64,000 bases of DNA from Longimicrobiales bacterium (GTDB lineage: Bacteria; Gemmatimonadota; Gemmatimonadetes; Longimicrobiales; Gaopeijiaceae), in assembly GCA_965204735.1 (NCBI GenBank), contig OZ242008.1, forward strand, positions 2,304,001-2,368,000, written 5' to 3'. Of the stretch, positions 57,073 to 64,000 are shown piece after piece. Below the pieces are notes generated by a model, which did no database searches, was not told where the DNA came from, and was given only the letters and a program-made list of their open reading frames with translations. The position numbers and the translations under genes were made by a program. Each line of letters opens with the position of its first letter. Positions within the stretch are counted from its first letter, which is position 1.

Positions 57073-57169
57073 TGGCGGGGGCGTGTGGGAATCGAACCCA
57101 CCCGCCCGGGTTTTAGCCGGACGCACTGGTTTTGAAGACCAGACGGAACACCAGTCCCGATCCGCCCCC
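57073..57169 (-). tRNA. selC: tRNA-Sec(TCA)
   Basis: 97 nt, CTGGT-CTTCAAA-ACCAG anticodon arm, long variable arm, GGTTCGATTCC T-loop, extended acceptor stem, encoded CCA. Confidence 0.93.
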
Positions 57170-57177
57170 GCTTTTCG

Positions 57178-58641
57178 TCACGCCACTCCTGCCTCTCGTT
57201 CGCCACCGGCCTGGGCAGACGAAGTCATGTCGCCGTGGGCCAGGGCGGACGAAGTCACGTTGCCGCGATCCTGGGCCGACATCAAGCGCCGCTCCACCTG
57301 ATGGAACGACGCGGCGAGCTCCCTTCGCATGCGGGCGAACTGCCGGCGGACCTCGGGGCGGCCGTGAAGGCGGAGGAAGAGGGTCGCGTCCTCCCGCACT
57401 TCCTTGGCGAGCTCGAGCCACTGGACCGTCGCGTACCCGCAGACCGGAACGGCCGCAGCGACGAGGGCCGCGGCGACCGTGCCTCCCGCGACGTAGCCCG
57501 CCGCCGCCCAGACGGCCCACGCCAGCGCTCCGCCGAAGAGGAGCGTCGCCAGCTTGTAGGTGGCCTCGACCTCGAAGTCGGGCTTGACCCGGGCGACCAC
57601 GAACGCCGGAAGTCGGACCACCGGCGCCCAGACGAGCAAGCCGGCCACAGCCGCGGGAAGCGTCAGCAGCAGGACGCTCCCCCGCACCGCGATGTAGCGG
57701 GCCACCGGAGTCAGGCCGTAGCGCGGGGGCACGTCCCCCTTCCCGGCCCCGACGCCCGCGTGAAGGGCCGCGTAGCGCTCCACCCTCGCCACCAGGGCGT
57801 CGTGCTCCTCCGGGGACTCGCGGCGGATCCACTCCAGCCCGGCGGCGAAGCGCTGAAGACGGGGGAAGCGGGTCCCCAGCCGCTCGCGGGCGCGCCACGG
57901 CACCCACCGGGATTCCCGCACGTACATCTGCTCGGCGATCTCGACCAGCTTCCGGTCGCGAGGGTCGACGAAGTTCAGGGTGAGGGCGCGGACGGCGGCC
58001 TCGATCCGCCGGGTGAGCATCCGCGCCGCCAGCATCGGGTCGTGGCGGTAGGCGTTGCTCAAGTCCGCGCAGGAGAAGGGGCTGCCGAAGCGCACGGCGA
58101 CGGAGGTGCGCGCCCGTTCCTTGCGCGAGTACGTGATCCCGACCGGCACGATCGAGAGTCCCAGGCCCCAGCCGGCAGCGTCCTCGGCGCGCAGCGCGAT
58201 GCGGGCGGCGCCGGTGCGGAACTCGGCCAAGCTGGACTGGGAGTGGCTGCGCCCCTCGGGGAATATCTGGATCGCGCCGCCGTCGAGCAGAACCTTGGTC
58301 GCGTCGCGGAACATCCCCTCGTTGAGGTGCATCTTCTCCGGATCGTCTTCCCGGCGGTGGACCGGGATCGCGCCCAGAGCGCGGATGATCGTCCCCAGCA
58401 GCGCCTTGTCGAAGAGCGGCGCGCGGGCGAGGGGGCGGGTGGCGCGCTCGCTGCAACGGAAGACGAGAACGGGGTCGAGGAGGCTGTTGGGATGGTTCGC
58501 CGCTACCAGGAGCGGGCCGTCCGGGAGCGGCGGTCCGTGGCGGTCCACCTTGTAGAACGCGGCCGCGGCCGCCCCGACGACCTTGACGACGAGCTGCGGA
58601 AAGCGGCTCGGGGGGCCGTTGGGCCCGCGGCGCTCCGGCAT
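57178..58641 (-). CDS. Lysophospholipid/glycerol acyltransferase family membrane protein
   Basis: ANHPNSLLDP (HxxxxD), IFPEGRSH, FRTGAARI; C-terminal TMs. Confidence 0.9.
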   Translation of the reverse strand: MPERRGPNGPPSRFPQLVVKVVGAAAAAFYKVDRHGPPLPDGPLLVAANHPNSLLDPVLVFRCSERATRPLARAPLFDKALLGTIIRALGAIPVHRREDDPEKMHLNEGMFRDATKVLLDGGAIQIFPEGRSHSQSSLAEFRTGAARIALRAEDAAGWGLGLSIVPVGITYSRKERARTSVAVRFGSPFSCADLSNAYRHDPMLAARMLTRRIEAAVRALTLNFVDPRDRKLVEIAEQMYVRESRWVPWRARERLGTRFPRLQRFAAGLEWIRRESPEEHDALVARVERYAALHAGVGAGKGDVPPRYGLTPVARYIAVRGSVLLLTLPAAVAGLLVWAPVVRLPAFVVARVKPDFEVEATYKLATLLFGGALAWAVWAAAGYVAGGTVAAALVAAAVPVCGYATVQWLELAKEVREDATLFLRLHGRPEVRRQFARMRRELAASFHQVERRLMSAQDRGNVTSSALAHGDMTSSAQAGGEREAGVA

Positions 58642-58687
58642 TGGGCGTCCTCTTGCGGTGGGCGATGCGGGGCGGCGTCGGCTTGGC

Positions 58688-58760
58688 CGAGGCCGGGGGA
58701 GCCGCTCGGGCGAGGCCGGGGGAGCCGCTCGGGCGAGGCCGGGGGAAGTCGCTCGGGCGA
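58688..58760. repeat. Three 23-bp tandem repeats in a divergent intergenic region
   Basis: CGAGGCCGGGGGAGCCGCTCGGG twice, plus one variant. Confidence 0.85.
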
Positions 58761-58855
58761 CACGTTATCTTCGCTTGCGGGAGCCTTCCTGCGCTACCCG
58801 TCCCCCCTTCCCCTTCCTCGACGTTCCCCCATGGCACGCTGGAGACCGCGCCTTC

Positions 58856-59842
58856 GTGAACCCGCATCCGCCCGCCGCTGCCGCCGTTCACGCCGGCGTC
58901 CGCAACCCGGGGACGCCCTTGGACCTGGACCTCGTGCGCCGGGTCCGGGCCAACCGGAGCGCGGCGGAGCGGCGGACCGCGAGCCTGGCGGGGCGACGGT
59001 CGGTCAAGAAGGACGCGCAAGCCGGGTGGCTCTTGCGGGCGATCGCGACGACCGACCTCACGACGCTGGCCGGAGACGACACGCCGGGACGGGTGCGGCG
59101 GCTGTGCGGGAAGGCCCGACGGCCCGTGCGTGGGGACCTGCTGGCGGCGCTGGGAGTCGACCCCGACGAGCTTCGGGCGGCCGCGGTGTGCGTGTATCAT
59201 CGGCTGGTGCCGGCGGCCTTGAGCGCGTTGGAGGGCAGCGGCGTGCCGGTGGCGGCGGTGTCGACAGGCTTTCCGGCGGGTCTTTCGCCGCTGGCGACGC
59301 GGATCGCCGAGATCCGGGAGTCCGTGGAGGCCGGGGCCGCAGAAGTGGACGTGGTGATCACCCGAGGGCTGGCGCTTCGGGGCGACTGGCAGGGGCTCCA
59401 CGCCGAGGTGGCGGCGTTCCGGGAGGCGTGCGGCGACGCCCACGTCAAAGTCATCCTGGGCACTGGCGAGCTGGGGACGCTGGGCAACGTCGGGAAGGCG
59501 GCGATCGTCGCGATGATGGCTGGGGCCGACTTCGTGAAAACCTCCACCGGCAAGGAGACGGTGAACGCCACGCTGCCGGTGGGCCTCGTGCTGGCGCGGG
59601 CGGTCAGGGCGTACCATCGGGCGACGGGCTTCCGAGTCGGCCTCAAGGCGGCGGGGGGGATCGGGACGGCCAAGGAGGCGTTGTCGTGGCTGGTCCTCGT
59701 GAAGGAGGAGCTCGGCGGCGAGTGGCTGGACCCGGCGCTCTTTCGGATCGGCGCCAGCTCCCTCCTGGCCGACATCGAGCGGCAACTCGAGCACCACGTC
59801 ACCGGCCGGTACTCGGCCTTCCACCGCCACTCGCTGGGGTAG
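58856..59842 (+). CDS. deoC: Deoxyribose-phosphate aldolase
   Basis: DLTTLAGDDT, AAVCVY, STGFPAG, GAAEVDVVI, ADFVKTSTGK, KAAGGI, RIGASSLL. Confidence 0.95.
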   Translation: MNPHPPAAAAVHAGVRNPGTPLDLDLVRRVRANRSAAERRTASLAGRRSVKKDAQAGWLLRAIATTDLTTLAGDDTPGRVRRLCGKARRPVRGDLLAALGVDPDELRAAAVCVYHRLVPAALSALEGSGVPVAAVSTGFPAGLSPLATRIAEIRESVEAGAAEVDVVITRGLALRGDWQGLHAEVAAFREACGDAHVKVILGTGELGTLGNVGKAAIVAMMAGADFVKTSTGKETVNATLPVGLVLARAVRAYHRATGFRVGLKAAGGIGTAKEALSWLVLVKEELGGEWLDPALFRIGASSLLADIERQLEHHVTGRYSAFHRHSLG

Positions 59843-59903
59843 AGCCCATGGTGACGACCGAGACGACCGTTTGCCGACGCGGCCTGGGCAGGGGCGGACG
59901 GTC

Positions 59904-62324
59904 GTGACTGGCGTCCGCGAAGCGTTCCTGGACCCTGAGTACGGCCCGGCCCCGGAGAGCGACGAGGCGGCGACCGAGTGGCTGGAGGGCGGAGAGCGGG
60001 TCTTCGGGCACTACGTCGGCGGCGAGTGGACCGCGGGCGACGGGCCGCTGCACGAGACCCGATGCCCCGCGGACGGGAGGCTGCTGGCCCGGTTCCGGTA
60101 CGGCACGGCGGAAGACGTGGCCCGGGCGGTGGCGGCCGCTCGCGCGGCGCTGGCTTCGTGGCGGAACACGGACGGCCACGCGCGGGCTCGCTTCCTGTAC
60201 TCGATCGCCCGGCAGCTCCAGAGGCGCTCGCGGCTCTTCGCCGTGGTCGAGTCGCTGGACAACGGCAAAGCCTTGCGGGAGTCCCGGGACATGGACGTGC
60301 CCCTGGCGGTTCGCCACTTCTACCATCATGCGGGCTGGGCGCAGCTGGCGGAGGCCGAGTTCGAGGGGTGGGAGGCCGCCGGGGTCGCGGGTCAGATCGT
60401 CCCGTGGAACTTCCCGCTGCTGATGCTGGCGTGGAAGGTCGCTCCGGCGCTGGCCGCCGGGTGCACGGTGGTCCTCAAGCCCGCCGAGCACACTCCGCTG
60501 ACGGCGCTTCTCTTCGCGGAGGCGGCGGATCGGGCGGGGCTGCCGCCGGGCGTGCTCAACATCGTGACGGGAGACGGGGCTGCGGGCGCCGCGCTGGTGC
60601 GTCACCCCGGGGTGGACAAGGTCGCGTTCACCGGCTCCACCGAGGTGGGGCGGGAGATCCGTCGGGCGACGGCCGGGACGGGCAAGGGGCTGTCGCTGGA
60701 GCTGGGCGGCAAGTCCCCCTTCGTGGTCTTCGACAACGCCGACCTGGACGCGGCCGTGGAGGGGGTGGTGGACGGGATTTGGCTGAACCAGGGTCAGGTG
60801 TGCTGCGCCGGGTCGCGGCTCCTCGTCCAGGAGAGCGTGGAGGACGACGTCCTGGGTCGCCTGCGGGCGCGGATGGAGCGGTTGCGGGTTGGGCATCCCC
60901 TGGACAAGTCCACGGACATGGGGGCGGTGGTGGACGCCAGCCAGCTCGACCGGATCGAGGGCTACCTGGCGGGTGGGCGGGCGGACGGCGCGGAGGTCTG
61001 GCAACCTTCCGTGCCGATGCCGGAGCGCGGGCTCTTTCTTCCGCCCACCCTGTGCACGGGCGCGCCCCCGTCCAGCGCAATCGCGACGGAGGAGGTGTTC
61101 GGGCCGGTGGTGGTGAGTCTGACCTTCCGCACGCCGGCCGAGGCCGTCTCGCTGGCCAACGACACCCGCTACGGGCTGGCGGCCAGCGTGTGGACCGAGG
61201 ACGTGAACCTGGCCTTGGACGTGGCGCCGGCGATCAAGGCCGGGACGGTGTGGATCAACTGCACCAACCTGTTCGACGCGGCGTCCGGCTTCGGCGGCTA
61301 CCGCGAGTCGGGCTTCGGGCGCGAGGGCGGCCGCGAGGGGATGTGGGAGTACCTGAAGCCGGTGGTGGCGCAGCGGGGGCGGGCGCTGGCCGGCGGCGTT
61401 GGCGTCTCGGAGGGCGGCGACCGGGCGCCCGACGGCGCTGCCGCTGGCGTTGGCTTCGGCGACGATGCCGTCGATCGGACCCGGAAGCTGTGGATCGGGG
61501 GGAAGCAGGCGCGCCCCGACGGCGGCTACTCGCTGTTGGTCCGGGACGGGGACGGCCGGCCCTTCGCGGAGGTGCCTCGGGGGAACCGGAAGGACGTTCG
61601 CAACGCCGTGGAGGCGGCTCGAAGGGCTCGTGAAGCGTGGGCGGCGGCCAGCGGGCACGTCCGCGCCCAAATCCTCTACTACCTGGCGGAGAACTTGGCG
61701 GCGCGGGCCGAGGGCTTCGCGGCGACGCTGGAGCGGGCAGCGGGCGGCTCCGACGGGGACTCGTCCAAGGCCGCCGGCGAGGTGGAGGCGGCGGTGCGCG
61801 CGATCTTCACCTTCGCGGCGTGGGCCGACAAGCACGACGGGCGGGTGCACTCGACCCCTTTCCGCAACGTGGTCCTGGCGATGAACGAGCCGGTGGGCGC
61901 CGTGGCGATCCGTTGCGGAGACGAGGCGCCGTTGGCGGGCGTCGCCGGCCCGTTGGCCGCCGCGCTTTCGCAGGGCAACGCCGTCGTGCTGCTGGCGCCG
62001 GCCCGGTTCCCAGTGGCCGCGCTGGACTTGGTGCAGGTGCTGGAGACCTCCGACATACCCCCAGGCGTCGTCAACATCCTGTCGGGTCTGCACGGGGAGA
62101 TCGTCCCCGCGCTGGCGGCCCACGACGACGTGGATCAGCTCTGGGAGCTGGCCGGCGACGACTTGGCCGCCGAAGCCGAGCGTCTTTCCGCCGGCAACCT
62201 GAAGCGGGTGTGGGCGGACCAGGACGGCGTGGTAGACTGGACGGCGCTTTCCGGCCGCGACTGCGAGTTCGTCCTGCGACACGCCACTCGCGTCAAGAAC
62301 GTCTGGGTGCCCTACGGCGCGTGA
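59904..62324 (+). CDS. Two-domain aldehyde dehydrogenase (ALDH16-like)
   Basis: PWNFPL, KPAE, FTGSTEVG, LELGGK, GQVCCAG, EEVFGP, followed by a second partial ALDH domain. Confidence 0.93.
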   Translation: MTGVREAFLDPEYGPAPESDEAATEWLEGGERVFGHYVGGEWTAGDGPLHETRCPADGRLLARFRYGTAEDVARAVAAARAALASWRNTDGHARARFLYSIARQLQRRSRLFAVVESLDNGKALRESRDMDVPLAVRHFYHHAGWAQLAEAEFEGWEAAGVAGQIVPWNFPLLMLAWKVAPALAAGCTVVLKPAEHTPLTALLFAEAADRAGLPPGVLNIVTGDGAAGAALVRHPGVDKVAFTGSTEVGREIRRATAGTGKGLSLELGGKSPFVVFDNADLDAAVEGVVDGIWLNQGQVCCAGSRLLVQESVEDDVLGRLRARMERLRVGHPLDKSTDMGAVVDASQLDRIEGYLAGGRADGAEVWQPSVPMPERGLFLPPTLCTGAPPSSAIATEEVFGPVVVSLTFRTPAEAVSLANDTRYGLAASVWTEDVNLALDVAPAIKAGTVWINCTNLFDAASGFGGYRESGFGREGGREGMWEYLKPVVAQRGRALAGGVGVSEGGDRAPDGAAAGVGFGDDAVDRTRKLWIGGKQARPDGGYSLLVRDGDGRPFAEVPRGNRKDVRNAVEAARRAREAWAAASGHVRAQILYYLAENLAARAEGFAATLERAAGGSDGDSSKAAGEVEAAVRAIFTFAAWADKHDGRVHSTPFRNVVLAMNEPVGAVAIRCGDEAPLAGVAGPLAAALSQGNAVVLLAPARFPVAALDLVQVLETSDIPPGVVNILSGLHGEIVPALAAHDDVDQLWELAGDDLAAEAERLSAGNLKRVWADQDGVVDWTALSGRDCEFVLRHATRVKNVWVPYGA

Positions 62325-62382
62325 GGCGGCGCCCGGCGCGCTGCGCGACTCGGCTCTTGGCGTGCTGCGTGCGCGGTGTTGG

Positions 62383-62874
62383 CTAAAGCTGGAATATGTT
62401 CGCCAGGCGTTCGCCGCACCGGAGCAATCGCACGGGCCGTTTTTTTCCTCCCCACTCGACGGGGCGGAGCCTCAGTTGTCTATACTGGTCCCTGCGATGG
62501 ATCAATCCCTTCTCGACGACGACGACCGGCACGACTTTCGACACGCACTGGTGCTCCGCCAGTTTCCGCTCCGTCCAGCGCGCGCCCGCGGCCAACTGCC
62601 GTACAGCCTTGGCGTACCGCACGTTGGCCCCACCCTTGAATTCCATCAGAACGACCCATCCGTTGTCCTTACTCTCGCCTACAAAGACGTAATCGCATCG
62701 TTCGCCGTCCATCCCCTTCAGTTCCGAGTCAACCGCAGCGCACCGGTCAATGTCTATCAGCACGTAAGGCGATGGCGCATTGGCCAGATCGACAGTACAG
62801 CCCCGTCTTGAGCATGTATTGACCATACATCTCTCGTGCATTTGGGCTGTCATGATCGAAACCGCCGATTTCAA
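62383..62874 (-). CDS. Hypothetical protein with PD-(D/E)XK-like motif
   Basis: ERCDYVFV..VLMEFKGG..RQL; TTG start overlaps the ATPase stop; lower GC. Confidence 0.65.
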   Translation of the reverse strand: MKSAVSIMTAQMHERCMVNTCSRRGCTVDLANAPSPYVLIDIDRCAAVDSELKGMDGERCDYVFVGESKDNGWVVLMEFKGGANVRYAKAVRQLAAGARWTERKLAEHQCVSKVVPVVVVEKGLIHRRDQYRQLRLRPVEWGGKKRPVRLLRCGERLANIFQL

Positions 62875-64000
62875 CGCGACCGAACCCTTTCTCGCCGGTC
62901 GAGAATGTCGGCCCAATCGTTGTACAGTGCCTCGTTCACTTTGTCATACCCCACAGGGTATGTCCCACCACCTTCGTCGAGACCGATCTCCTGTACCGTC
63001 GAGCCACCTTCTGTCTCGTCCAATGTAAACAGCCAAACCCCAACATCCCCGGGCGACAGCGCAGTCTCCGACGCAGGCAATCCTTGCCGGGCATCTTCCG
63101 GCAACTGCCCGACGGCGGTCACGTTGGCCAGGGTTTCCAGCACAACTTCACTGTGCGTCGTAACGATCACTCGGACGCCGTGTTGCACCGTCTTGGCCAA
63201 GAAGCGAGCTAGTTGCACCTGCATGGCAGGATGCAGATGCGACTCCGGCTCTTCGATGATCAGCACTTGGTTCTTCCGAACGACATGCTTCACAAAAAGG
63301 ACAAGTGGCGCCAGCTCCGACACCATTGAAGACGCCGTCATCAGAGGCAAGCTTTTCTGCCACCCCCGCGGGCGATAGTGGTACGAGGGATAGTTGACTT
63401 CCGACTTCTCGCTGACAACTTCACCGCTTAGCATGCTACTCTCCAGCTCGCCGGCGAGTGCCTCAAGAGAAGCGTGGGAGCCTCGGCGTGGCAGATCAAT
63501 CAGTTGTGCCAGAAAGTCTGCCAGCACGCCAGAGAACATCGGCAGGCTCTCGGGCTGTCTAATTCCTGCATGGGATGCCTGGTCGATCAGTGACCGTACA
63601 ACCACGGTGTGAGCGTGCATGATGCCTGAACGGTCCGCCGGAAGGTAGTGCGCGGGACGACCAAGGGGCCCAAGGCTTGATCGAAACACAGAGTCGGTCA
63701 GGTTGTCAAGCATGACCCGTGCACGCTCTTGTTGAACTTCCTCGGGCGGCTTGAGATCCTCGATCATTGCTGTAGTCTCGGACGCGGCAAAGTAGAACCA
63801 ATTCAGTGCTGAGTGATCTACTCCAGACTGCAAACTCATTGGAATGTCGGCCATGACCGATCCCTCCCCTGGGCCCAATGTATACTGATAGCTGTACCCT
63901 AAAGGAGACTCATGGCGCAACGGCACTCTCGTGTTCAACGTCACACTGGCCCATCTGTCTCCGTTGCGACGACTCAGTGTAGCGGTGTCGCGCAACCCAA
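62871..64000 (-). CDS. ABC-type AAA_15/AAA_21 ATPase (5' end outside the window)
   Basis: YLPADRSG, ASSMVSELAPL, IIEEPESHLHP, VIVTTHS; Walker A not in view. Confidence 0.88.
   Translation of the reverse strand, partial: GLRDTATLSRRNGDRWASVTLNTRVPLRHESPLGYSYQYTLGPGEGSVMADIPMSLQSGVDHSALNWFYFAASETTAMIEDLKPPEEVQQERARVMLDNLTDSVFRSSLGPLGRPAHYLPADRSGIMHAHTVVVRSLIDQASHAGIRQPESLPMFSGVLADFLAQLIDLPRRGSHASLEALAGELESSMLSGEVVSEKSEVNYPSYHYRPRGWQKSLPLMTASSMVSELAPLVLFVKHVVRKNQVLIIEEPESHLHPAMQVQLARFLAKTVQHGVRVIVTTHSEVVLETLANVTAVGQLPEDARQGLPASETALSPGDVGVWLFTLDETEGGSTVQEIGLDEGGGTYPVGYDKVNEALYNDWADILDRRERVRSR

Overview
Very GC-rich bacterial chromosomal DNA (roughly 70% by eye). The gene repertoire suggests Gemmatimonadota, possibly a marine or sponge-associated lineage; this is inference only. 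Left arm (1-13 kb): RNase E/G, an acyl-CoA catabolic operon (B12-binding domain, carboxyltransferase, split AtuA, crotonase, acyl-CoA dehydrogenase) with recQ inside it, a divergent murB, an esterase and a MATE pump. Centre (13-41 kb): a ~28 kb nitrogen locus. A REC-PP2C phosphatase, periplasmic binding protein and sensor kinase are transcribed divergently from glnA-glnE, which is translationally coupled to an RsbW-like kinase and a STAS protein, giving a complete partner-switching module around glutamine synthetase. Next come a porin and a 3503-aa repeat/cadherin autotransporter adhesin with a 28-nt poly-G/C tract at its 5' end. Then amtB (no PII gene) heads a CP-ATP-grasp/alpha-E/transglutaminase operon plus a TorF-like porin, ending at tRNA-Pro. 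Right arm: Lnb/DUF4105, rdgB, rfaE2, a HemC homologue lacking its catalytic residues, a 10-gene Mrp antiporter, LPS/lipid genes with tRNA-Sec embedded, deoC plus a long ALDH, and the edge of a lower-GC ATPase + putative nuclease module. No rRNA, CRISPR array, integrase or transposase was seen. All family calls come from motif recognition by eye, not database searches.
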